Source: an uncultured Alphaproteobacteria bacterium (GTDB lineage Bacteria; Pseudomonadota; Alphaproteobacteria; SMXQ01). Taken from it: a stretch of 64,000 nucleotides of DNA. A program made the position numbers and the translations under genes. The notes beneath the pieces were generated by a model. It was not told where the DNA came from and did not search any database. It saw only the letters and a program-made list of their open reading frames with translations. Location of the stretch: positions 62,046 to 126,045 of the forward strand of contig CAVVYA010000002.1 in assembly GCA_963752345.1 (NCBI GenBank), written 5' to 3'. Shown in pieces: positions 1 to 9,456 of this stretch (position 1 is the first letter of the stretch; every line of letters starts with the position of its first letter).

Positions 1-2
1 CC

Positions 3-647
3 ATTCTCGCGGAACCCAACCTCACGACGTCATCTGGTGAGACCGCCAGCTTCCTCGCCGGCGGCGAATTTCCGATCCCGGTTCCACAAGACGGCAACAC
101 AATCACCATAGAGTTCAAGAAATTCGGCGTGGGCCTGGCTTTCACGCCAACGATCTTGAACGATGGCCGGATCAATCTTCGGGTGCGCCCCGAGGTCAGC
201 CAGTTGTCGAGCAACGGCGAAGTCCGCATCAACGGGTTTGCGGTTCCGGCACTGACGGTGCGGCGGGCGGAGACTACCATCGAGGTGGGTTCCGGTCAGA
301 GCTTCGCAATCGCCGGCTTGATTCAGAACAATATCGCTCACGATGTGCGCCGCTTTCCCGGCTTGGGCGATCTGCCGATCCTCGGTGCCCTGTTTCGCTC
401 CGATGGCTTCCGGCGCAACGAGACGGAACTCGTGATCGTGGCTACGCCCTATATCGTCAAACCGGTCAGCGACAGCCGCATGGTGGCGCTCCCGACCGAC
501 GGCCTGATGGCGCCGACCGATCTCGAACGACTCTGGGCGGGATCCGCTCGTTCGTCAGCAGCAGCCAATCGGGCAGCCGACCCCCGTGATGAGCTCGGGC
601 CGCCGGCTGGTGGGCACCGTCGGCTTTACCTTGGACTAGTCACATGA
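3..647 (+). CDS. cpaC: Flp/Tad pilus secretin CpaC/RcpA, C-terminal part (5' end lies outside the window)
   Basis: The frame is open from the window edge. The translation ILAEPNLTTSSGETASFLAGGEFPIPV...QSFAIAGLIQNN...VIVATPYIVKPV matches the secretin C-domain of the type II/III secretion-system secretin family. The TGA at 645-647 overlaps the next ATG (ATGA). Confidence 0.8.
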   Translation: MLAEPNLTTSSGETASFLAGGEFPIPVPQDGNTITIEFKKFGVGLAFTPTILNDGRINLRVRPEVSQLSSNGEVRINGFAVPALTVRRAETTIEVGSGQSFAIAGLIQNNIAHDVRRFPGLGDLPILGALFRSDGFRRNETELVIVATPYIVKPVSDSRMVALPTDGLMAPTDLERLWAGSARSSAAANRAADPRDELGPPAGGHRRLYLGLVT

Positions 648-1192
648 AGCATCATTCCATCAGAGCCTACACCTTGGCCGCCGTCGTGCTATTGGCGCTC
701 GGAGCTTGCGCGCAGTCGGCCAACTGGTCGGAGGTGCAGTCACCCAAGCGCAATCAGGTGGAACCCGTGCGCCTGGTGCACGACGTCAAGTTCACCAACG
801 GAACACGGCTCTCGCCTGTGGAGATGGCGCAACTCGACGGTTTCATCGCTCGCCATGACGTCGGCTACGGCGATCGGGTTTATGTGCTCACCGAATTGGT
901 TGGCGCCACGTCGCAGCGCAGCAACGTCGTGCTGAATTATATGAAGGCCCACGGCATCGCAGCCGCCGCGCTGCCATCGCCGGAAGCGCAGCCAGGCCTG
1001 GTGCGTATTGTGCTGAACCGCTATGTCGTCGTGCCGCCAAATTGCCCGGATTGGAGCAAGCCGATGACGCCGGATTACGCGAACACGCCGATGAGCAATC
1101 TCGGCTGCGCCACCACGGCGAACTTCGGCACGATGGTGGCGGATCCGTCGGAGTTGATTTCAGGGCCGCCAGCCTGGCCCCGCCGACGCTGA
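644..1192 (+). CDS. cpaD: Pilus assembly lipoprotein CpaD
   Basis: ATG 644 overlaps the upstream stop. The N-terminus has a lipobox (LLALGAC). Its position between the secretin and CpaE matches cpa/tad loci. Confidence 0.7.
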   Translation: MKHHSIRAYTLAAVVLLALGACAQSANWSEVQSPKRNQVEPVRLVHDVKFTNGTRLSPVEMAQLDGFIARHDVGYGDRVYVLTELVGATSQRSNVVLNYMKAHGIAAAALPSPEAQPGLVRIVLNRYVVVPPNCPDWSKPMTPDYANTPMSNLGCATTANFGTMVADPSELISGPPAWPRRR

Positions 1193-1267
1193 AGGGTCGA
1201 CCGGCGCCATCCAGCGCTACCGTACCGGTAAAATTACGCCACTCGAGAAACTTGTCACGGGTGGCAA

Positions 1268-2494
1268 ATGAGCACGGCGGCGATCAGACTGTCCGGCGAA
1301 AGCCGCTCCGAGCCACAGCATGACCTGTCGGTCATGGCTTTCGTCGCCGATGATGTGACGCGGCAGACGCTGATCCGTGTCGCAGCGGAGCAGAAGTGGC
1401 ACGATCCCATCATCCAGACGGGTGGCATAGCGGCGGCGCGGCGCGAGCTGGGCGAGTCCGCGTCGCCCACGCTGCTCATTGTCGATTTGTCCGAATCATC
1501 TGAGCCCTTGGCCGAAATCAACAGCCTTGCCGAGGTCTGCGAGCCGGGAACCCGCGTCATTGCGCTGGGAACGACAAACGATGTGCGCCTCTACCGGAGC
1601 CTCACGGACGCTGGCGTGACGGACTACATGGTCAAGCCAGTCGCGGCGGCCGATCTTGTGCGGGCTGTCGCATATGCGAATTCCGGCGGCAAACAGGATA
1701 GCGCGGAAGGCAAGCGAAGCCGCATTCATTCGATCGTCGGCGCGCGCGGCGGCGTCGGTGCCTCGACGGTCGCGCTCAATCTCGCATGGATCTTGTCTCA
1801 GGAGCAGAAGCAACGGGTCGTCCTGATCGATCTGGACCTGCATTTCGGCACCGTCGCTTTGTCGCTCGATATCGATCCCGGCAATGGCTTCCGGGACGTC
1901 CTGCACAATCCCGGCCGCATCGATCCGCTGTTTCTCGAACGCGCTGTGATCCGAGTGAACGACACTCTGGCGATCCTGAGCACCGAGGAACCGCTGTCCG
2001 CAGCCGGTCAGTGGAGCCCGGAAGCCTTTGTTCCGATGCTCGCGGAACTCGGAAAACTATTCGATCACATCGTCCTTGATCTGCCACGCACCTTCGCCGT
2101 CCAGCATCCCGAGCTGATTTCGGCGGCCACCACCACCGTTCTGGTCACCGATCTTTCACTGTCCGCCATGCGCGATGCCTTGCGGATCAAGACATTGGTC
2201 CGCGAAGCGGCGCCGCAGACCCACCTCAAGATCATGCTCAATCAGTACCGGCCGTTGGGAAAATCGGACATGCCAGCGGCCGAGTTCGAGCGCAGCATCG
2301 ATGACAAGATTTCCTGTCATATTCCGTTCGACCCGAAATCCGTGGCGCAGGCGGCCCATGCCGGCAAGCCGATAGCGGCCGTGGCGAAGAAGAGCAGTGG
2401 CAGCCAAGCCTTACGCAAATTCAGCGAAGGACTGGTTGTGGCGAAGGCCCGAAAGAAACGCAGCTCCGTTCTCGCCCGACTGTTCAAATCATGA
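1268..2494 (+). CDS. cpaE: Pilus assembly protein CpaE/TadZ (receiver-like N-domain plus MinD/ParA-type ATPase)
   Basis: Deviant Walker A (IVGARGGVGAST). Long ORF with high GC3. The stop overlaps the cpaF ATG (ATGA at 2491-2494). Confidence 0.8.
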   Translation: MSTAAIRLSGESRSEPQHDLSVMAFVADDVTRQTLIRVAAEQKWHDPIIQTGGIAAARRELGESASPTLLIVDLSESSEPLAEINSLAEVCEPGTRVIALGTTNDVRLYRSLTDAGVTDYMVKPVAAADLVRAVAYANSGGKQDSAEGKRSRIHSIVGARGGVGASTVALNLAWILSQEQKQRVVLIDLDLHFGTVALSLDIDPGNGFRDVLHNPGRIDPLFLERAVIRVNDTLAILSTEEPLSAAGQWSPEAFVPMLAELGKLFDHIVLDLPRTFAVQHPELISAATTTVLVTDLSLSAMRDALRIKTLVREAAPQTHLKIMLNQYRPLGKSDMPAAEFERSIDDKISCHIPFDPKSVAQAAHAGKPIAAVAKKSSGSQALRKFSEGLVVAKARKKRSSVLARLFKS

Positions 2495-4242
2495 AGCCTC
2501 CCGTCTTCGGCCGGCGCAGCGCGAAGCGCGAGGGCGAGGGCGAAGTAACTCCCTTTCCCGGCAATCCACGCACCGACCCTGCACTCGGGTCGGCGACGAC
2601 CGCTTCTGCCACGCCGGTGCCGGGGGCAGCGGGCGATACCGGCCCTGCCGAGCCGCTCGACGTCACACGTCTGAAGGTCCAGTCGATCTTTCTTCAGCAG
2701 GTCGACATTTCGATACTGGCGCGCCTTCCACGCGCCGAAATCGCCAACCAGGTCGGCCAACTCGTCGATGAGATACTCGCCGAACGCAAAATCGTGCTTG
2801 GCGAGGTGGAACGGCGCAACCTGATTACCCACCTGGTCAACAGCATCTTGAATCCCGGCGGCCCGCAAGCGGTTCCGCCACCGCAACAGGCCAAACCCGC
2901 CGTCCAGCAGGACGAAAAACTGGTCGTCCCCACGCCGACCATCGTCCGCGCGTCGGCGGCTACCAACGCGCACCGGGCGGCGCTCGAGGATGCCCGGTCG
3001 CGCATTCAGACCATCCTGCTCGAACGGCTCGACGTCACGGCCGCGTCGCGCCTGCCGCGCAAGGAACTGGCGCGCCAGATCAGCAACGTCGTGGTCGAGA
3101 TCCTGGGCGAGTTGAAGCTGCAGCTCAACCTGCTGGAGCAGCGCGACCTGGTGACCATGCTGCTCAACGACATGTTGGGCCTGGGGCCGCTGGAGCCGCT
3201 ACTCGCCGACGAGGCGGTCACCGATATCATGGTCAACGGCGCCAAGCAGGTCTATGTCGAGCGCAAGGGTAAGCTCGAACTGACCGGGGTAACCTTCCGC
3301 GACGACGCGCACGTCATGAATATCGCAACTCGCATCGTCACCCGGATCGGGCGCCGCATCGACGAAACCACGCCGCTGGTGGATGCCCGCCTCGACGACG
3401 GCAGCCGTGTCAATATCATCGCGCCGCCGCTGGCGATCGACGGACCCTCGATCTCGATTCGTAAATTCTCCCAGAAGAAAATTACCCTCGACGTCATGTC
3501 CAACCAGCGCAACGTCTCGCCGGAGATGTCGCGCGTTCTCAAGATCGCCGCGCGCAGCCGACTTAATATCCTGATTTCCGGCGGCACGGGCTCCGGCAAG
3601 ACCACCCTTTTAAACGCCATGTCGCAGCTCATCGATCATGGCGAGCGCATCGTAACCATCGAAGACGCCGCCGAGTTGCAACTGCAGCAGCCGCATGTCG
3701 TGCGTTTGGAGACGCGGCCCGCCAACCTGGAGGGCGACGGCGAAATCACCATGCGTGATCTCGTCAAGAACGCCCTGCGTATGCGCCCCGACCGCATCAT
3801 CCTGGGCGAGGTGCGCGACGCCGCCGCGCTGGATATGCTGCAGGCCATGAACACCGGTCACGACGGGTCGATGTCGACGGTCCACGCCAACAACCCGCGC
3901 GAGGCGCTGACCCGTCTCGAGAACATGGTGGCGATGGCCGGTGTCAATCTGCCGAGCCTGGCGGTGCGTACGCAAATCTCCTCGGCCGTTCACCTGATCG
4001 TTCAGGTGAGCCGCATGCGTGACGGTATCCGGCGTATCACCCATATTACCGAAGTCATCGGCATGGAAGGCGACGTGATCACGACGCAAACCCTGTTCCA
4101 GTTCGAGTTTCAGGGTGAGAACAACGATGGGCTACTCAAGGGCGCCTTCAAATCGACCGGACTGCGTCCGCACTTCCTGCCGCGCGCGGAATATTTCGGT
4201 CTGGGCCGGTCGCTCCTGGAAGCGGTCACGGGGGCAGCATGA
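2491..4242 (+). CDS. cpaF: Flp pilus assembly ATPase CpaF/TadA (secretion NTPase family)
   Basis: Walker A (GGTGSGKTT), Walker B and His box are present. The 583-aa protein has a Pro/Ala-rich N-terminal extension of about 110 aa. Confidence 0.9.
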   Translation: MKPPVFGRRSAKREGEGEVTPFPGNPRTDPALGSATTASATPVPGAAGDTGPAEPLDVTRLKVQSIFLQQVDISILARLPRAEIANQVGQLVDEILAERKIVLGEVERRNLITHLVNSILNPGGPQAVPPPQQAKPAVQQDEKLVVPTPTIVRASAATNAHRAALEDARSRIQTILLERLDVTAASRLPRKELARQISNVVVEILGELKLQLNLLEQRDLVTMLLNDMLGLGPLEPLLADEAVTDIMVNGAKQVYVERKGKLELTGVTFRDDAHVMNIATRIVTRIGRRIDETTPLVDARLDDGSRVNIIAPPLAIDGPSISIRKFSQKKITLDVMSNQRNVSPEMSRVLKIAARSRLNILISGGTGSGKTTLLNAMSQLIDHGERIVTIEDAAELQLQQPHVVRLETRPANLEGDGEITMRDLVKNALRMRPDRIILGEVRDAAALDMLQAMNTGHDGSMSTVHANNPREALTRLENMVAMAGVNLPSLAVRTQISSAVHLIVQVSRMRDGIRRITHITEVIGMEGDVITTQTLFQFEFQGENNDGLLKGAFKSTGLRPHFLPRAEYFGLGRSLLEAVTGAA

Positions 4243-5217
4243 CTCCGGTTGATATGATCACCGCGGCGATATTCTTAGGCGCCCTCGCAACCGTCGCGTC
4301 CGTGGGACTGGTCCTGGGTGGCGGCGCGGGCCGCAAGCAGAAAAAGCGCGTCGATACCGGTACGGCGCCGCTGGTCGGGCTTCTCGCCGGTGGATACAGC
4401 GGGAGCGAGCGTTCTGCGCGGCGAGGACACCAGCCGCCTCGGCAGCATGGCGCTGCGCCTCATGCCGCGCCGCCATATGCTTCGGCACCGGCTCATGAAG
4501 GCGGGACTCAATCTTTCGCCCGGTCAATACGCGCTCGTTAGCGTCGCTCTCGGCGCGACTTGCTGCATCGTTGCGAAGTTCGTCTTCGGCGTTCCCCTCA
4601 TGCTTGCCGGTTTGGGCGCCATCGTCATCGGCATCGGGCTGCCGCATATGGTGGTATCGAACATGATCGGACGCCGCCTGCGTAAGTTCACGAAATTGTT
4701 TCCCGAGGCGATCGATCTCATGGTCCGCGGCATCAAGTCGGGCTTGCCGATCAGCGAAACGATAGGCGCGATCGGGCAGGAGATGATCGATCCCGTCGGC
4801 ATCGAGTTCCGGCGCATCACCGATTCGGTCAAGCTCGGACAGACCCTGGAAGAAGCGCTTTGGGATGCGGCGCAACGTCTGGACACGGCGGAATTCAAGT
4901 TCTTCGTCATCAGCCTGTCGGTGCAGCGCGAAACGGGCGGCAATCTCGCCGAAACGCTCGACAATCTCGGCGATATTCTGCGCCGGCGTCAGCAGATGCA
5001 GCTCAAGATCAAGGCCATGTCATCCGAGGCGAGGGCGAGCGCCTATATCATCGGATCTCTGCCCTTTGTCATGTTCGGCATTCTCATGCTGATGAGTCCG
5101 GATTACGTCATGATTTTATTCACGGACTACCGCGGCATGATCATTACGGGTATCGGCTTGGCAACCATGCTCATGGGCGTGTTTGTCATGGCCAAAATGG
5201 TGAAGTTCGACATATGA
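4239..5217 (+). CDS. tadB: Tad pilus inner-membrane platform protein TadB (GspF-like); apparent +1 frameshift near 4385-4400 in this sequence
   Basis: ATG 4239 overlaps the cpaF stop (ATGA). The N-terminal TM helix is in that frame. The GspF-like remainder (RLMPRRHML...KLFPEAIDLMVRGIKSGLPISETI...) continues in the +1 frame (ORF 4318..5217). The span length is 3n+1. Confidence 0.6.
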
Positions 5218-6191
5218 GCGATCTCGCCAAATACCTGCCGGCAGGCATGAAACCGGAAGACGCTCTCGCTGTCTTGTTCGGGTTGGTGGCCTTTTTCGTC
5301 GTCATCGCCCTTTGGCAGGCGCTCCTGGTGCGCGACCCGATCGTCGTGCGCGCCAAGTCCCTGCTGGCGCGTCGGGCGGAACTCATGGCTCAGTACCTCG
5401 GACACACGCGCCCGCGACAGCGCCCCGCCGCGCGCGGTTTCATGGCCAACATCGTGCTGCGCCTCCGTCTGCTGCAAGGCGAAAAGGCCGGCAGCATGCG
5501 CGAGCGCCTTGCTCAGGCCGGCATTCGTTCGCGCGAGGCATTGATCGCCTATCTCTTTTTTAAGCTCTGCCTTCCCTTGGCGTTCGGCGTGGTGGCGTTA
5601 ATTCTGTTCGAGGGCATGAACGCTTACAATCTGACGTCCTCCAATAAAATTATCGTCTGTATCGGTAGCGTTCTATTTGGCGCGCTCGCGCCGGCGGTCT
5701 GGATCAAGAACAAGATCTCGAAACGTCAGGATGCCATTCGCAAGAGCGTGCCCGACGCGCTCGATTTGCTGGTGATCTGCGTCGAGGCGGGCCTGAGCCT
5801 TGACGCCGCCTTGACGCGTGTCTCTCGCGAGCTCGGGCGCGGCGCCCCTGAACTCGCCGACGAATTCCAATTGACCGCGCTGGAACTGGGGTTCCTCCCG
5901 GAGCGGCGTCAGGCTCTCGACAACCTGAGCAAGCGGGTGACCTTGCCGTCCATTCGCGCGGTGGTCGGTTCGCTGCTGCAGACGGAAAAATACGGCACGC
6001 CGCTGGCGCAATCCTTGCGGGTTCTGGCGGCCGAGTTCCGCAATGAGCGGATGATGCGGGCGGAAGAGAAGGCGGCGCGTCTGCCGGCGATCCTGACCGT
6101 GCCGATGGTGGTGTTTATCCTGCCGACCCTGTTCATCGTGCTGATCGGGCCCGCGATCATCAAGACGATCGACGCGCTTACAAAAATGTAA
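5214..6191 (+). CDS. tadC: Tad pilus inner-membrane platform protein TadC (GspF-like)
   Basis: ATG 5214 overlaps the tadB stop. MSDLAKYLP... has TM helices and the GspF-like motif PDALDLLVICVEAGLSLDAAL. The earlier in-frame start at 4860 would overlap tadB and is rejected. Confidence 0.75.
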   Translation: MSDLAKYLPAGMKPEDALAVLFGLVAFFVVIALWQALLVRDPIVVRAKSLLARRAELMAQYLGHTRPRQRPAARGFMANIVLRLRLLQGEKAGSMRERLAQAGIRSREALIAYLFFKLCLPLAFGVVALILFEGMNAYNLTSSNKIIVCIGSVLFGALAPAVWIKNKISKRQDAIRKSVPDALDLLVICVEAGLSLDAALTRVSRELGRGAPELADEFQLTALELGFLPERRQALDNLSKRVTLPSIRAVVGSLLQTEKYGTPLAQSLRVLAAEFRNERMMRAEEKAARLPAILTVPMVVFILPTLFIVLIGPAIIKTIDALTKM

Positions 6192-6335
6192 GCGGCCTGG
6201 CCGCCCGATCCGAGCGGCAGTCACCCGGCTTCTTCTTCAGAATTTTTGGATGCCGGCCGATCTTGCAGGATTTCCGAACGCCCGCTCGGCGACGGGCGCA
6301 TCCGAATGCCTGCCGGCGCGGCTGGCGGCCGACGG

Positions 6336-7280
6336 TCAATTGGATCCCGAGGCGACCGTGGCCGCCGGTGCGGCCTGGGCCGGCTGCTGGGGCGCGGGCT
6401 CGGAGCTCGGCGTCACGGTGATGCCGAACACCGCCGCGGCGCGCTGCTGCTGCGACATGGCCCGCAGGGTCTCATAATAGGCCAGATTGTTCTGCACCGT
6501 CGGTTCGTCGAAATCGAGCCGGGCGACGCCCGCGGCCTCGGCGAACTTGCCGGAAAGACCATAGACCAGAGCCAGATTCTGGCGATGCCGCGTGGTGCCG
6601 CGGCGTTCGTTCGCAAGCCGGCTGAGGATCTGGATGGCGTCGTCGTACTTGCCGCTGATCGCCAGCGACAGCGCCAGATTGTTGCGGAGATTGGCGTCAT
6701 TGGGCGCGATATCCAGACCGCGGCGATAACTGTCCTGCGCGCTTTGGTAATTCCCGTTCATATCCTGCACGACACCCATGCCGTTATACAGCCGGGGGTC
6801 GTTCTGCAGGGCCAGACCTGCGACAAACTGCTCGAGCGCCAGCTCGGGTTGATTCATAGCCAGGAGAGCATTGCCCAGCCCACGCAACCCATCGACGTTC
6901 TTGGCGTCGAGCTTGAGAGCCTCGCGATAGACCTCCGCCGCTTCGTTGTGAGCGCCCAAGGCGCTCAGCACCTGGCCGAGTTCGACGAGAATATCCGCAC
7001 GGAACGGCGACAGCTCATGCACGCGTTTGTAGACGGTGACGGCGGAGGCGAAATCGCCATTGTCGCGCGTGCTGCGCGCGACGCGCAGCAGGGTGGAGGC
7101 GGGGGAGCCGGGCGCTTCGCCGGTGGCCTCAGCGCTCGCTCTTGCGGCGGCGCTGGCGCTTGGCTCGAGATGGGAATCGGAGGCGCAGGCGGCCAGCCCG
7201 AAGGCCACCGTTGCGAGCAGCGCGGCGCGCAAGGCGCGGCGCGAGACGATAGAGCGGTTCAGCATGATCATCGGCAGCAT
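6336..7280 (-). CDS. TPR-repeat lipoprotein, TadD-like (Flp pilus assembly)
   Basis: ATG at 7280 with AGGAA upstream. Signal peptide and lipobox (LAACASDS). Multiple TPR-like repeats. It lies convergent to the tad operon. Confidence 0.6.
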   Translation of the reverse strand: MLPMIMLNRSIVSRRALRAALLATVAFGLAACASDSHLEPSASAAARASAEATGEAPGSPASTLLRVARSTRDNGDFASAVTVYKRVHELSPFRADILVELGQVLSALGAHNEAAEVYREALKLDAKNVDGLRGLGNALLAMNQPELALEQFVAGLALQNDPRLYNGMGVVQDMNGNYQSAQDSYRRGLDIAPNDANLRNNLALSLAISGKYDDAIQILSRLANERRGTTRHRQNLALVYGLSGKFAEAAGVARLDFDEPTVQNNLAYYETLRAMSQQQRAAAVFGITVTPSSEPAPQQPAQAAPAATVASGSN

Positions 7281-7428
7281 GGGACATTCCTGTGAAAGGA
7301 TTGTCCCAAGGATACGCCGATGCGTCTTACCGTAAGGTAAAGAAACCCTAAAATTTGCTGCGCATTCGGCGCGAAGACGAAGCGTCGGAAGGAGCCGGAG
7401 CCCCTTCCGCAGCGCGTTTTTTCCGCTA

Positions 7429-8292
7429 TCAGTCCTTGGCCGAGATCGGCTTGCCCGCGTACATCTTGCCGAGATAGGGCGCGGCCTTCTCATAGAGCAG
7501 CGCCGCGACGTCGTCGGCCTGGTAGTTCTTGATGAGCTGGTCGACCTGGCCGAAGAACGGCAGCGGCAGCTTGCGCTTCTGGGCGAGGTCGAGCGCGATA
7601 TCCATGTCCTTTTCCTGCCAGGTGAAGCGCGTGCCGTCCCAGCGCTCGAGCGTGCCGTTGGTGCCCGGGCACTGCAGCAGGGTCTCGCGCATCTTCTGGC
7701 CGTCGATGCCGTAGACCTTGGCGAGCAGGATCGCCTCGTAGTTGGCGATGCAATGGGCCCAGTGCAGCATGTTGTTGATGGTCTTGCCGATCTCGCCGGC
7801 GCCGAGCTCGCCCAGATGATGCACGGCGCGGCTGTAGGCTTCGAGCACGGGTCGGGCCTTCTCCACGTCCTTCTTCGCGCCGCCGACGGTCGAGGCGAGC
7901 GTGCCGTTCTTGGCGCCGTCGAGGCCGAAGCAGACCGGCGCGTCGATCACGCCGATGCCGGCCTTCTTGGCGATGGCGGCGCATTCGCGCACCATGTCGG
8001 GATGGCTGGTGGCGGTGATCACCAGTACCTGGCCTTTCTTGCCGCCGGCGGCGGCGATGTCGGTGACCACCTGCTTCACCTGATGGTCGAATCCGACCAT
8101 GATGATCACCACGTCGCAAGTGGTGGCGAGCTGCGCGAGCGATTTGGCGACCTTGGCGCCCTGCTTGGCGATGCCCTTGGTCGCCGCCTTGTTGATGTCG
8201 TAGACCCAGACTTCGTCGAATTTCTTGCTCTTGAGCACATGGCCCGCCATCGGTTCGCCCATGGCGCCGACGCCGACAAAACCCACTTTCAT
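7429..8292 (-). CDS. NAD(P)-dependent 3-hydroxyacid dehydrogenase family oxidoreductase (HIBADH / 6PGDH NAD-binding type)
   Basis: Start MKVGFVGVGAMG carries a Rossmann GxGxxG motif. RBS GGGAGAAG. 287 aa, typical for the family. Confidence 0.75.
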   Translation of the reverse strand: MKVGFVGVGAMGEPMAGHVLKSKKFDEVWVYDINKAATKGIAKQGAKVAKSLAQLATTCDVVIIMVGFDHQVKQVVTDIAAAGGKKGQVLVITATSHPDMVRECAAIAKKAGIGVIDAPVCFGLDGAKNGTLASTVGGAKKDVEKARPVLEAYSRAVHHLGELGAGEIGKTINNMLHWAHCIANYEAILLAKVYGIDGQKMRETLLQCPGTNGTLERWDGTRFTWQEKDMDIALDLAQKRKLPLPFFGQVDQLIKNYQADDVAALLYEKAAPYLGKMYAGKPISAKD

Positions 8293-8494
8293 CGCTGACT
8301 TCTCCCTTTTTTCGGTCGACCGCATAGACGCGGGAACCCGCTCGACGGCTGCGCTGCCGCTCGACGTTCGAGGGAATTTACTACACGACGCCTTCCGGCC
8401 CCGCTAGTCCCCTCTGTCTGCCCCGTTGGCGCCTTTGCATTCGGGCGCGGCGCTGGAGTATTCTCAGCCATCTCATTTCACTGGAGGTTTTAGG

Positions 8495-9196
8495 ATGGCG
8501 CGCGATTTCGAAGACCATTGTTGGAAAGACATCGTCGACGACGAGATCCTCGAGATCTATGAGGCCTATCACCGCAAGACCTACGTCGGGAAGAATCCGG
8601 CGGTGCTGGCGATCGATCTCTACAACAAGGCATATGAAGGCGGTAACAAGCCGGTGCGCGAGGTCAACCGGCAGTATTCCGGCTCGTGCGGTGAAAACGC
8701 CTGGAAGGCGATCGAGCCGACCCAGAAGCTGTTCGCCGCCGCCCGCAAGGCCGGTGTGCCGGTGATCTACAGCACGCGCCACGTCGACACCCGCGGCGTC
8801 CATTCGACCAACCGCAATATGGGCCGCGAAACGCCCAAGTCCGATATGTACGACATCAAGGCCGAACTGGCGCCGCAGCCGGGCGAGCTGGTGATCTACA
8901 AAGAGCGCGCGTCCGCCTTCTTCGGCACGCCGCTGGTCGCCCACCTGCGCCAGATGGGCGTCGACAGCCTGATCATCTGCGGCGAAAGCACGTCGGGTTG
9001 TGTGCGCGCCAGCACCGTGGACGGGTATTCCTACGGCTTCCACAATACGCTGGTCGAGGAGTGCACCTACGACCGCTCGATGCTGAGCCACAAGGTCAAC
9101 CTGTTCGACCTGCACCACAAATATGCCGACGTGATGCATGTGGACGAGGTCATCGCCCATCTCGAAGGCCTGGCGCAGCAGCGCAAAGTGGCGTGA
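8495..9196 (+). CDS. Isochorismatase-family cysteine hydrolase
   Basis: GGAGG RBS followed by ATG 8495. Family hallmarks VLAIDLYN and LIICGESTSGCVRAS (catalytic Cys) are present. Confidence 0.75.
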   Translation: MARDFEDHCWKDIVDDEILEIYEAYHRKTYVGKNPAVLAIDLYNKAYEGGNKPVREVNRQYSGSCGENAWKAIEPTQKLFAAARKAGVPVIYSTRHVDTRGVHSTNRNMGRETPKSDMYDIKAELAPQPGELVIYKERASAFFGTPLVAHLRQMGVDSLIICGESTSGCVRASTVDGYSYGFHNTLVEECTYDRSMLSHKVNLFDLHHKYADVMHVDEVIAHLEGLAQQRKVA

Positions 9197-9220
9197 GTCA
9201 ACGGCGAGAATTCGGATGAG

Positions 9221-9250
9221 AAAAAGGGCTGTCCTCGGGCGGCCCTTTTT
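9221..9250. terminator. Candidate bidirectional rho-independent terminator (A-tract, GC hairpin, T-tract)
   Basis: aaaaagggctgtcctcgggcggcccttttt lies between two convergent genes. Confidence 0.4.
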
Positions 9251-9456
9251 CATTTCTTTTTTCAGGACTGATAGGCATGAGCTCCGCGCTTGCCGGGACC
9301 GCCCGGATCGAAGCGGCTGCCGGCGAGACGCGCGACGCCGATGCGCGCTCCCCGTTTTAAAGCCGCGCGCCGCCAGTTGCTCGGCCAGCTTCTCGGCGCG
9401 GCCCTGGTGATCTCCAGCCTATCGGTATGCGACAGCGAGTCAGGATCTTTTGGCCG

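Noticed and set aside
4860-5213. Upstream extension of tadC starting at 4860 (443-aa ORF)
   Set aside because: It would overlap tadB by 350 bp in another frame, and the extension is Arg/Ser-rich. The ATG at 5214 overlaps the tadB stop and starts the conserved sequence.
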